From the NCBI GenBank assembly GCA_946965045.2, contig OX337233.1:2108001-2172000 (forward strand): 64,000 nt of DNA, given 5' to 3'. The notes under the pieces were generated by a model. The model did not search any database and was not told the origin of the DNA. It saw nothing but the letters and a program-made list of their open reading frames with translations. Below are positions 33,591 through 44,500 of the stretch, piece after piece. The position numbers and the translations under genes were made by a program. Position 1 is the stretch's first letter. Each line of letters starts with the position of its first letter. Origin of the DNA: Epithemia pelagica. Its lineage: Eukaryota; Protista; Bacillariophyta.

Positions 33591-34586
33591 CTAAAACCCG
33601 TCAAAATCGTCGTCGTCCTCCTCTTGGGACGGTGGTGGGGGTTTTCGTTTCTTGTTACTATTTTCTCTTACGGACGAATCGCCCGTGCCATCTTCCTCCC
33701 GATACCGTTTCTTAATCTCGTCGACACTCATTCCGGCATCCTGATGAAGAGCAATCAGTTCGTTGTAATCCACGTCTTCATCGGCCTCTTCGTATTCATC
33801 ATCGTCGTCTTCATCATCAATACGAGCCGCGGCACTAGAGGGAGCTGCCGCGGCGGCTGCTGCGACAGCGGGAGAAGCGGCGGCCGCCGACGCTCCTCCC
33901 ATCGCAGCTGCTGGTTTCGCGGATACCGAGGAGGCCGGTATCATGCGTGCTTGACACAACAATCCTACCTTTTCATCCTTCGTCGAAGAAGGATAATATC
34001 CTCCCAAAAATTCCATCAAGTCTCCCCCGTTGGATTCAATTTGCGAACCAAATACTTTGTAATAGACACCCCCTGCTTTGGAATCGTGCTTGCCATCATC
34101 GTCGCCACCCTGTATCGATGGTGACTCTGTTGACTTTCCCCGTGTACTACTTCTAGAAATAGGAGAGTCTAGGTGATTTCCATTGGTTGATGTTGCGTTT
34201 GCGTTTGTGGGAGGTTCACTGACGGTAAAGGTAACCTTGAGTTTTCGTGGAGTGGCCTTGGCACCGGCTGTTTCAAAGTCACAGGGACCCGTCATGATAA
34301 ATTCACATTGATCGGCTTTCGGTTTGACTTTGGAATCCAGAATATCCCATGGAGCAGCTTCTGATGACGCTAAATGAAAGCCTTCGCCTTGATAATGCAA
34401 GGCATGTTGGGCTCCGTAGTATAGGATTCCGTCCAGTAAGGGAACGACTGTGGAAGACGCATCGTCATCGTCGTCCTCCTCCTCAACGCCGGGCACAAAG
34501 TCATCTTCGTCGTCTTCATCATCATCGTCTTCGCCAATGTAGTCAAAACCTTCGGCTGGTTCTTCGGTTGCCGGTGGAGAGCTCAT
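33591..34586 (-). CDS. Acidic nuclear-type protein of unknown function
   Basis: 331-aa ATG ORF with D/E tracts, a globular middle, and a KKRK NLS-like motif near the C-terminus. Confidence 0.7.
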   Translation of the reverse strand: MSSPPATEEPAEGFDYIGEDDDDEDDEDDFVPGVEEEDDDDDASSTVVPLLDGILYYGAQHALHYQGEGFHLASSEAAPWDILDSKVKPKADQCEFIMTGPCDFETAGAKATPRKLKVTFTVSEPPTNANATSTNGNHLDSPISRSSTRGKSTESPSIQGGDDDGKHDSKAGGVYYKVFGSQIESNGGDLMEFLGGYYPSSTKDEKVGLLCQARMIPASSVSAKPAAAMGGASAAAASPAVAAAAAAAPSSAAARIDDEDDDDEYEEADEDVDYNELIALHQDAGMSVDEIKKRYREEDGTGDSSVRENSNKKRKPPPPSQEEDDDDFDGF

Positions 34587-35039
34587 GGTCGTTGGTTTTG
34601 TGTTGCTTCACGAGTTTGGAAATTCTTTTCCTCTAGAGAGAATAAGCGAACCGGCGATTCAAATACAGTCGTAGCTATACAGCTACACTAACGGCTATAG
34701 AGTTTGAGGAGTCGGGCTTGACTGTAAAAGTGAGTACGTCTTTGTTTTTGTGGGCCGACATCTTTGTGTGGGGGAGAGATGCCACAGATTTGGGGGCATC
34801 GCTCAAAGATATCAAAAAGATTCTGCGCGAACCCTGTAAAAAGATACCGACAAACACAACAACAATTGTTGTTTGGATACATTTTAATATTTCGTACTCG
34901 TAAAGAGACAAGCTTGCCATATTTGTCGGGACGGTGGAGAGGGTGGCTTTGTATTACGCAGAGACCAAGCACGGGAGAGAGAAAAAAAGCTGACCAGCCA
35001 GTGACCGAGAGAGAACACGCATCCACACACACATAGATA

Positions 35040-35912
35040 ATGTCGTCCTCCTCGGTGTTTTTGCCCAAAATTTTGTTGCAAGGCGATTCCTTGACCCAAT
35101 TGTGTTGGGAAGGATGGGGTGCTCATTTGGCCAATGTGTATCAACGACGTGCCGATGTTGTGAGCCGGGGGTATGGTGGATACAATACACGGTTTTACCT
35201 TCGCTTGCCCATTGACACAACCTTGGCCAATCCTCAAACGACAATCGTCTTGACCATTTTGTTTTTGGGTGCCAATGACCAAGCCATGCCTGGATTGGAC
35301 GACCACAAACACGTGCCTGTACAAGAATATCAAAGTAACTTGAAAATTCTAGTTGACCGAATTCGATCCAAGTACGGTTGTTCCAAGATATTACTCATTG
35401 GCCCACCACCGGTCCATCATGGACAACGATTGGCCTATCAAATTCAACGATATGGCAAAGAGGGTGCCACGGGGAAGTTGGAACGTACCTTGGAAACGGC
35501 CAAAACATATTCCGATGCTTGTCAAGCCGTTGCGAAAGCCGCCGAGTTGCCCTTTCTCAATTTGTATCAAGGCATGTTGGATGAAGGTGGGGACGATTAT
35601 GGAAAATATTTTTATGATGGATTACACTTTTCGTCGACAGGTCATGACTTTGTCGGTCATGCGGTAGTAGAGGCCATTGCCAAGGCTTATCCAGAGTTGT
35701 CCGTCCAACCGGATGGAAAGACGGGACAATATTGCAATTCGTCATCGCACTGTCCGGCCTTGACCAGGTATGCACCCTATCATGATGAAATCAATGTCCC
35801 TGACATTGACAAGGCCTTTGAAACCATGATTGCAGAAGGCGACGACAAGGACGAAACCGACCAGAAGAATACTGCTACGGCAAGCAAGAAACGCAAAGAG
35901 CTGGAGGAATAA
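35040..35912 (+). CDS. IAH1: Isoamyl acetate-hydrolysing esterase (SGNH hydrolase)
   Basis: ILLQGDSLTQ, RRADVVSRGYGGYN, GAND, DGLHFS; catalytic S, D and H are present. Confidence 0.9.
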   Translation: MSSSSVFLPKILLQGDSLTQLCWEGWGAHLANVYQRRADVVSRGYGGYNTRFYLRLPIDTTLANPQTTIVLTILFLGANDQAMPGLDDHKHVPVQEYQSNLKILVDRIRSKYGCSKILLIGPPPVHHGQRLAYQIQRYGKEGATGKLERTLETAKTYSDACQAVAKAAELPFLNLYQGMLDEGGDDYGKYFYDGLHFSSTGHDFVGHAVVEAIAKAYPELSVQPDGKTGQYCNSSSHCPALTRYAPYHDEINVPDIDKAFETMIAEGDDKDETDQKNTATASKKRKELEE

Positions 35913-36319
35913 AAAGTTGGGGTAGCAGCATCGCGATTCGCGTTAGCATCGGCGACCACACGAGTCGCAGGTCGATTCTGTACTATTTGGACGTAGAGTG
36001 GGGATAAAAATAGTACAGTTGATCACTATACACCTCAACCACAAAAAGATCCCAGATTCCGACGTCTCCACGGTCTACGCCCATCATCCAAAAGCATTTT
36101 AGATATCGAGAACCTCACAAACAATGAGAGGAGGATCGACAAACACCACCAACAACTGAAGGTTCTATCGTCCAATCATTCTCGAAAGTCTCTTTGTGCC
36201 CATTTCTCTCTCTGTCTCCTATCGTTTGTTTGGTTCAAGATTGTGGTGGCGAGTTTGATTGGGTCAAGCACCACCAACCACCACCTCCCAATCTTCCACC
36301 ACCACCACACACATGAACC

Positions 36320-39300
36320 ATGTCATCCCACAAATTACAGCCCATTTATGCGGCCTTGGACAACCATCAATTTAGCCGTGCCATCAAATTGTGTCTAGCC
36401 CTTCCACCATCCTTTACGATTGGACAAGCCCTGTTGGCGCATGCCTATGCCAAGTCCACCCAACGATACAAGGCCTTGCGAGTACTACAAAGTATATTGG
36501 GTACACAGGGCTTTCCGGAATTGCAATTGGAAGTCAAATATGCCTTGGAACGACGACAAGATGTGACTGGTACCACCGGTACCACGATGTCCACTACTGG
36601 AGTGGCATCCAGCAGCACCAACAACTCTGCTTCGTCTGCATCCGCTAGTACAAGTGCTACTACCAGCAAGGGTGGAAAAAAGGGAAAAAAGAAACCTACT
36701 GCCAAACCATCCTCTCCTACCTCACCCTCAGGTCCATCCAATAGCACTAGCAGTGGTTCTTCTGCCGCGGCAACGGCATCAGCAACCAGTGTGGATCAGG
36801 ACCTCCACGATTTTGACTGGATGGATCAACTCGAGTGCCCACCCCTGGTACCAGACAATTGGGAGGAGGCTATACCACCCGCCAGTGGTCCTCCTCCTCC
36901 TTCCGATCATACCTTGTTGGGGACTCTCAGTATGACCTTATCGTCCCTGCGACTTCAACTGACTGCCTACCAATTGTATACGTGGGTCATTGCCACTCAT
37001 TCCAATGACGTGGTGTTGGTCAAGAAAACCTACCTCTTGGGATTGACCGTGTGGATTGCGCCCCATTACCAATCGTTGGCCGTCAAGTTGTTGGGACAAT
37101 TGCAAGTTACAGCCTTGCAATTGGCACGCTTGCAACATGGAGCCATGGGCACCAGTCCGGCCACTGCCTGGGCTGCACAAACGGCACTCTGGCAATTGGA
37201 TCCTTCCCTCTCCATGACAATACCCATGGACGAAAAGAAACGTGCTACCTTGCTTCGATTGGCCGAATCCTTGGCGGCCAAGTGTTTGACCATGACATCG
37301 CAAGATCATGTTTTGGAAACCGAACACTTTATGTTGTACATGAAAACCTTGGATGGACAAGCCAAGTGGGAGGGAAAACTAGAGGTGCTGCAACAACGTT
37401 TGGACCAGCAAGAGAGCGTACCGCATCCACGCCCAACCGTCTTGCGAGAACTCAAGGTATCCTGCCTTGCTGCCTTGGGTCGATATGAAGAGGCACAGGA
37501 GGAACTCGCACAATTGTTGCACAGTCAGCCAGATCATTGGGAGTATTGGAAATTGTATCTTCACAATCGAAATCGCTCTTGGAACTCAGACAAGGACAAC
37601 GACAATGCCTTGGAATCACTCGTGGAACAAGTCACTCAACCACCACCAATGCCAAACGAGGAAACAGCAGAGGGCGAAATCGCGGAGACGTCATCCTCCT
37701 CGTATCCATTAAGAGGACCGCATTTGGCTAAAATCGAATGGGAACGAATGCAATGGCAAAACCACTCCGAAAACCCTTCGAGTGGGTCGTCTTCGACGAG
37801 TGCCATTGTGGACGAAATCATCCAATACGGAACCCTTTTCGCTCAGCGAACCTTGTGTACCTTCACTGATATTTCCACCTACTTGGACAGTGTGTTCGAA
37901 AAACGAGACAATGAAGAAGCTGACAGTCGTATGCGAGACGATGCAATTCGCATTTTGACATGGATTCGTTCCTCGTTCCGACCTGTACCAGATAGTTCCG
38001 ATCCCAGTGAACGAAGAAAGCAACTACGAGGGTATACCTTTGGAGTACAAGTATCGTACAAGGTTCTGCACCAATTCCCCGATTTGGAAGAAGAATGGCT
38101 GCCACATTGGCACGAAATTGTCACTGTTTGGAAAGATTTTCAAGCATTTGAAGATATACAACAAGCGCAAAAGGAAAATCGGGCGGCCGATGACTTGATC
38201 TTATTGGCCGTGCAACAAATTGCACGCAGCAGCAAGGACGACAGTACTATCGCCCAGGTTCCTCGGGACCGACTGTTTTTGGCCGCCGCCATTCTAGAGG
38301 TGGCCATTGCGTATTCGCCACACAATGCCTACCTGAAAATTGCGGGGATTGATATTTACCGGTCGCTTCATTCAGTCAGGCGAGCGTTTGACTTGTTTCG
38401 ACAAATCTACGTCAAACACATTCAACACGAGTCTTGTGCCTACATTATTCTGCCTGTCCTTCGTGAAGGAGGTTTCTACCAAGAAACCATCTCAGTATGT
38501 CAAGAAATCCTCCGACTCCAAACGTCGTCCATACGGGATACGGCAGAGTTTACTGGCCGAGCCATGGACTTTGGTACATTGGAAAAAGCTAGTGAATTCA
38601 TAATGTTTCAAAGAGAACGAATGAACAAGAGTTTAACCACGTTGGAAGCAAAAGGCTTGATTTTGGACTGCGCCCCCATGTTTCAATTTGAAGAGGATCA
38701 GGGACTTGGGGCAGTCCATGGTATTGTGGGAGGACCGGAGGATCACGGTCGCGTCTGCAAAATGATTGCCGAAGCACACAATCCACATGCGGCCTTTAGT
38801 CTCTTGAGATTGCGAGGGAGTGCCGAGGACAATATCGAGCTCTTTACAGAAAATCGCGATTTTGATATCTTATCCTTTAATATATTATCGCCACCCAAGC
38901 TACCGTCGCGACAAGAAATTTTGGGAGAAGCCATCCGAAGGCGGCACCACCACAGCATGTTGATTCGGGCATCACTTTGTCTCGAAGCGACCAAGGGACC
39001 AAAAAAAGGAAAGGTCACCAAGCCATCAGACATTATGTCCAAACGGTGCTCTAGTTTGCTTGCTTGTGTTCAAGATTCACAGGAGTATATCAGCAGCGGG
39101 TGTTTGCAATCTGAACTTGCCCAAACGTCCATGAGTACCATGGTTTGGTTGTGCCGTACCATTCTCGCTGTCAGTGCGGGTGTTGGGGATGACGAAAAGA
39201 AGAGCGGGACGCCCGATAGCTTAGAATCTCGTGAAGCAGCCGCCACCCGGTTCCTCGAGAAGGCTGTAGAAGCCACCAAGCAAAGCCAGTCGGTTTTTCT

Positions 39301-39697
39301 CGCCACATTCACAGAAAACCCCGTGCCAGTAGTGAGTCGTTATGTGGCCGACTGCCTTGTATCTATCTTTGCCCTCTTCCAGATGTGTGCAACGGTGTTC
39401 GAGCTTTATGGATGGGGGAAACGAAAACGGAGCACACGACAATCGGCAGCTGCTCTCGCTACCCTGGCACTGGCACTAAAGGACATGATTGAGCAAATGC
39501 GGTCCAGTATGGATGTCCTTCCCACCGAACTTGATCCAGGTGTTCACCAGGGAAAGATCGACCATGTATTGGACCAAGCCGAGTTAGAAACTCTTGTGGC
39601 GAGAATCACCACCGACCAGATGGAATCAAAAGGACGGATCGTTTCAATTCTGTCAAGCATGATGGTTAAGTTTTACAGTTTTGATGTTGCGGTTTAA
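36320..39697 (+). CDS. NAA25: NatB N-terminal acetyltransferase auxiliary subunit (MDM20)
   Basis: LQPIYAALDNHQFSRAIK, a TPR-like helical body, SPHNAYLKI, VKHIQHES. Intronless, 1125 aa. Confidence 0.85.
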   Translation: MSSHKLQPIYAALDNHQFSRAIKLCLALPPSFTIGQALLAHAYAKSTQRYKALRVLQSILGTQGFPELQLEVKYALERRQDVTGTTGTTMSTTGVASSSTNNSASSASASTSATTSKGGKKGKKKPTAKPSSPTSPSGPSNSTSSGSSAAATASATSVDQDLHDFDWMDQLECPPLVPDNWEEAIPPASGPPPPSDHTLLGTLSMTLSSLRLQLTAYQLYTWVIATHSNDVVLVKKTYLLGLTVWIAPHYQSLAVKLLGQLQVTALQLARLQHGAMGTSPATAWAAQTALWQLDPSLSMTIPMDEKKRATLLRLAESLAAKCLTMTSQDHVLETEHFMLYMKTLDGQAKWEGKLEVLQQRLDQQESVPHPRPTVLRELKVSCLAALGRYEEAQEELAQLLHSQPDHWEYWKLYLHNRNRSWNSDKDNDNALESLVEQVTQPPPMPNEETAEGEIAETSSSSYPLRGPHLAKIEWERMQWQNHSENPSSGSSSTSAIVDEIIQYGTLFAQRTLCTFTDISTYLDSVFEKRDNEEADSRMRDDAIRILTWIRSSFRPVPDSSDPSERRKQLRGYTFGVQVSYKVLHQFPDLEEEWLPHWHEIVTVWKDFQAFEDIQQAQKENRAADDLILLAVQQIARSSKDDSTIAQVPRDRLFLAAAILEVAIAYSPHNAYLKIAGIDIYRSLHSVRRAFDLFRQIYVKHIQHESCAYIILPVLREGGFYQETISVCQEILRLQTSSIRDTAEFTGRAMDFGTLEKASEFIMFQRERMNKSLTTLEAKGLILDCAPMFQFEEDQGLGAVHGIVGGPEDHGRVCKMIAEAHNPHAAFSLLRLRGSAEDNIELFTENRDFDILSFNILSPPKLPSRQEILGEAIRRRHHHSMLIRASLCLEATKGPKKGKVTKPSDIMSKRCSSLLACVQDSQEYISSGCLQSELAQTSMSTMVWLCRTILAVSAGVGDDEKKSGTPDSLESREAAATRFLEKAVEATKQSQSVFLATFTENPVPVVSRYVADCLVSIFALFQMCATVFELYGWGKRKRSTRQSAAALATLALALKDMIEQMRSSMDVLPTELDPGVHQGKIDHVLDQAELETLVARITTDQMESKGRIVSILSSMMVKFYSFDVAV

Positions 39698-40071
39698 GAG
39701 TACCAACGTACCTACTCGTTGTTTCGGAAGAAGCTTGACAGGTAATATGACTTAACAGCATCATATCATCCACATCATTGGATATAGCTTTGTACTGCCA
39801 TTTCAATTCCAATGTTACTGTTTTCGATGCATTGACAAGCTTGCTGTTGCCTTTCTTTTGAGTATCATTTTGATTCTTGATGCGATAAACTTCTCTACAA
39901 GATGATAGGCATGTCGGTCGAGTTGCGAAATTTAAGATAAAGAATAAGAAACGACAAACTCATGGTCATATCGACTTTGCACCGATTCTAGACATGTTAT
40001 GTAATGGTTGTTTTGGCCGATGGAGACCTAGCCAGACCGAAGAAACAATTCCGAAATATACGAAGCTCTCG

Positions 40072-41077
40072 TTAGTGAAATGGCTCAAAGTCATTGACTT
40101 GAGGCGCACTGCAGGTTTTAGTTGGATCTGTGGCCGACCAATGAATTCGATGCATGAGTGCGTCACGTAAATTCTCAACGGGATACGGCGGATCTTCCCA
40201 ATCACTGACGTATTCATCAACAGAAAGCTATCTTTGAAGTCTCCCATGTAAATTGAAGCGACAATACGGATTTCATCGTTACGGTAATCAGTTGGTGCCG
40301 TCCCGTGAAAGCCATCCTGGCCCAGAATTACAGCGTGTCTCGTGTCATAACGAATCGGAACAGCAGACAAACGAGTCTCGTAGTCCTCCTTGTCGCCCAA
40401 GTTTAATTCCGAATCTTGTGTACCGTTCCCAGCTTGTACCAAAGGGAAAATGACGTTCCACACCGTTTCATGGTTGGAATCGCTGTGGATGTAAGAGTAT
40501 GAAGCGTGCGAAACGCCAATGAGCGACAGATAGAAACATGATAGCATGTCCAGCTTGAAATGTTTCCCCATGGCCTGTAACACGTGATCAAAGCCAGCCT
40601 CTCCGAGTGCCACCATGAATTGTTCGTTCTACAGGAAACAAAATCTCCATGTGAGACTTGAATGGTTGATGTCTGTGTCGGGTCGTTTCTGTACAATCAT
40701 ACGTACGCTTTCGTCATCATCTGGGGTAATGTAGTGCCTGCAGTCGACCGACGGCGAAAATAACAGCAAAATACAAAATGTAAGTAGAGAGATCTGCATG
40801 AACAGCATGGCAGGTACATGGTGCTTACATATCACTGGCCCAGGATGAATCGAAGCGCTTGATCCACCATGTGCCGCCATTGAGACGGACCCTACTTTCT
40901 CCATTCACATTGAGCTGATCCCTCAAAACGGCATCAGTCAAGACCCTGATCAAGCCCAAGTCCTCAGCCCAGGCGAGCAATTTGTCTGTCAAGTCAATGG
41001 GAAGACCGATGCGATGCAAAAACGGTGCCAGAGGTGTGCTCGTAGTCCCATCGCTGCCCCCGTTGGCGATGCGCACG
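40072..41077 (-). pseudogene. 3' part of a SET plus 2OG-Fe(II)-dioxygenase-like gene, downstream of the copia insertion
   Basis: Exons 41077-40829, 40737-40707 and 40628-40072, with introns of 91 and 78 nt giving WASDM|HYITPDDDES|NEQFMVAL. Motifs YIHSD, GFHGTAP, IRIVASIY. A frameshift near 40225 restores ...DWEDPPYP...HW...*. Confidence 0.65.
41073..41077. other. 5-bp target-site duplication GCACG (second copy at 47332-47336)
   Basis: The same pentamer flanks both outer LTR ends. Confidence 0.95.
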
Positions 41078-41524
41078 TGTTGTTTTTCACTACTGTCGAG
41101 TAACGAAAAAGAGCTCTTTTGCAAAATTGTGTGTTTCTAGATTATCGTGTGCAAGCTATGAATCGCTCCTACTCATGCGTTGAGCGTTGACTCGTAGATT
41201 GGTGCGTTGATCGACCAAATTGGCGGTCCCAATTGTTTATGGACGACCTTGCTGAGATTCGTGGCTCCCTAAGTGGCGTCCGCTTACTTAGGAGCCAGTA
41301 CCGTTATTGCTCTGGCCATGGGAGTCGTTGTTTAGAGCGGCATGAGTGTTACATAGCCGTCGTCCAAATCCCATGTTGAGATGCGTCGTTCGTCTTTGTT
41401 GATTTGTGATTTGTGAGAGGCGGCAGTTCACTGATGCGTTGGGCGTGTTGTGTCATGGGAATTCTGTCTCTGTCCCCCATTGTCCCCCACGTGTAGTTAT
41501 GCCCTTGCGTACAGTATTTGAACA
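41078..41524 (-). repeat. 3' LTR (447 bp)
   Basis: TGTTCAAATAC...AACAACA in element sense; no difference from 46885-47331 found by eye. Confidence 0.95.
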
Positions 41525-41531
41525 CTCCCTC
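41525..41531 (-). other. Polypurine tract GAGGGAG
   Basis: Directly abuts the 3' LTR start in element sense. Confidence 0.85.
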
Positions 41532-41560
41532 ACAGAGCGGTATTGTCAGGACTACCAGGA

Positions 41561-44500
41561 CTACCATCCCATGATAGATTTGCGATGTCGCTCGAAAGTA
41601 TCCTTGTCCAAGGCTTTGGTGAAGATGTCGGCAGTTTGTAGCTCAGTATCACATGGTAGTATTGTGATCAGTTTCTGTTCCACATATTCTTTGAAGTGGA
41701 AGAGTTTTGTACACAGATAGCGTGTTCGAGGACGATATTTGTGGACGGTTGCTAATTCGAACGCTCCATTGTTGCCCTCAAACGCTCGGCAATGCACTCT
41801 TGGTTGCGTCGATATGACCTTGTATCCCCGCGTTTTCATTTCCTTGGTGATATGCATCAGTGGGATAACCGTCCGTAGTGACGTCGACAGACTAATGATC
41901 TCGGCCTCGGTTGTGGAAAGAGCAATCTCAGTCTGTAATTTAGAAGCCCACACAATAGGGCAGCCCCCGTAGAAGATGATATAGCCGGTACGAGATCGTG
42001 CCATATCCGTCCTGGGCATATCAGTTTTGTTGAAGTTCCCACAAAAATCCGCATCGGCATAGACATCGAAGTTGGCATCTTCTTGTGGATTCAGTAGTAT
42101 GCCGAGAGTACGAGTCGACGCCAGATAGCGTCCGATTTGCTTGACTGCTCTTCCGTGTATTTGCTTTGGATTTGCTGCAAATCTCGCGCATTGATGCACG
42201 GCATACGAAATGTCCGGTCGTGTACTCTTCTCGAGGAAGTTCAATTTCCCAATCACAGAGCGATAATGGAAGTGTCCGTCGAATGGGTCACCGTCGTCGT
42301 CTGAGCGCATCTTTACTGTACTTGCTGCTGGTATGTCTTTTCCTTGGGCGTCCTCCGGCAATCGTAAGTCATCGAGAATCGAATCAATTAGTCGTGTCTG
42401 GGATAGATGCATCTGACCCGATTCCTGTTTTGTGATATGGACCCCTAAGAAATCTTCAACCCCGTCTTCATATGTCATCTTAAGCCCGATCTCTTCTAAC
42501 TTGGCGATGATGCGATTCAGTTCTTCTGGATCCGGCCCTGTAAGAATTGAGTCATCTGTATACAATATGTATATGCTTTGGCCGTGATAAAACAGGCATT
42601 CGTCATGAGAGCTTTGTGTGAATCCTGCCTTCTCGAGCTGTTGTACCAGATGTTTGTTCCATACACGTGCTGCTTGCTTCTGTCCGTAGTAATTTCGCCA
42701 AATTTTGAGTACATAGTCTTCAGCCTTTTGTTCACCCTTAGTGTCGAAGGTAAAAGCCTTTGGAGCCTCCATGTACATATCCGTCTCGGCCATTGCTTGG
42801 GTGTACGCTAGGACGTAGTCGACCTGTTTAATAGCCCATCCTTGCGCCAGAGCGGTAGTTAGAACATATCGTACAACAGGCCATTGGACAACAGGGGCAT
42901 AGGTCTCCCAATAGTTGACCCCCTTTGTTTGTCCGGACCCATCAAAAGCTAGTCGTGATTTCCACTTGTAAATTTCCCCGGTCTCTAGCCTGCGCTTCCG
43001 CATGCAGCTCCAGACAGCGCGAGTAATATAGCTACCAGGAGGAATGTCTTTTCGGCGTACGATCTCCCACAATCCATTTTCCGTGTGATCTCTGACTTCC
43101 TTTTGTGCGGCCTTGATAAATTCGTGGCGATCTGGTTGCTGCATGGCTTCGTGCCAATACATAACGTCAGGATTCTTCTGTGCTTGCGCCGTCATGCTCA
43201 CGATGCCTGGGAGAGCAATAGCTAGTTCCCCCAATGGATTTATGTCGTCGCCGAGTTCTGCCATGTATTCTTGATATCGTGTTGTCGGTCTTGGCTCCCT
43301 TTGTGACCGTCGGAGACCAGCTCCCTCATGCACGGGGATATTTGGTACGGCATCTCCCTCATCGTCTCTTGTCGGTGTAGCCTGATCTTGGTCCACTATC
43401 TCCTCATTATTGTCTACCTCCCTCATGGGTGCGTCTAGATTGATAGCTTTTGCTCGTTTGGGTCGTGCTGTTCCGCTCGTCCGTTTGCTGAATCCCGCGC
43501 GCTGTTGCCAATAAGAGATTGGTTGGGCTTCTCCAAAACTACGACGGATAGTCTCAAAGTTGTCGTCATAGTGCACATGGAACTGTGGTGACGATAGGCC
43601 CGATGAAAGGGACAAAATAAGCCCAACCGTCCTTGCATGTTGCGCCGAGTAACCCAGGAAGATACCAACCCGCGATCGTTCGGACCACTTCGGTAGGCCC
43701 TTTCCAGCTTGAAGTTCATTATCTAGCACATAACTTGGGCATCCGAAGGTATGTGCATTTCGGACGTTGAATCGCACAGGGGAACCGGAGAAGAGTTCAA
43801 TCGGTGTCTTGTCTTTATGTTTCTTCAACGGAGCTTCGTTAAACATGTCTGATGCATACCGAACGGCATACGGCCATAGGTTCGTTGTGATTGCTGTGGG
43901 CCATCGTCGGTGTGCATGCAATAGCATAGTTCTTGCCGAGTCTTGTAGATCGCGTATCCGACGTTCGGCCATGCCACTCTGGAAATGAGCGTTGACGCCA
44001 CTGAAAGTCAGTCGCTGGCCTTTGCTCGCGACTGCTTTTCTAAACTCGTTGTCTGCGAAAATCCCATTGTCGGCATGATAATGCTGAATAGCTACCCCAG
44101 ACTCGAATCTCTCCTTAGCTTCAATAGTATCAGTAGCTGAGGTAGACCGCTGTAGATGTACATAGCCGATTCCCGAGAAGTGATCCACGAAAACAGTTGC
44201 AACGCGATATCGTTCTCGCGTCGGAGTACCGCGCATGTGTGCGATATAGCCAGGCGTATTCGAGATGAGCTGGTCCACTGACACGCATTGACCGGGGCGC
44301 GTCATTGTATCTAAAGTTCCTTGCGATCCCTTGACTCGCCATGGTTTCTTCGTCGCTTTGCCGTACAGGCATGCGGTGCATGCTGGAACTGCACATGATC
44401 CCAGTCGCCTTGGTAATGCTCCTTGGCGTGCCATGGTTTGGATCTTTGCCATTGATAAATGTCCGAGTCGATGGTGAATGCGAAGGAGTTCAGCTGTTGG

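Noticed and set aside
41349-41567. Duplicated peptide FKYCTQGHNY... here and at the end of ORF 47156-47713 as a repeated gene
   Set aside because: It is translation through the two LTR copies.
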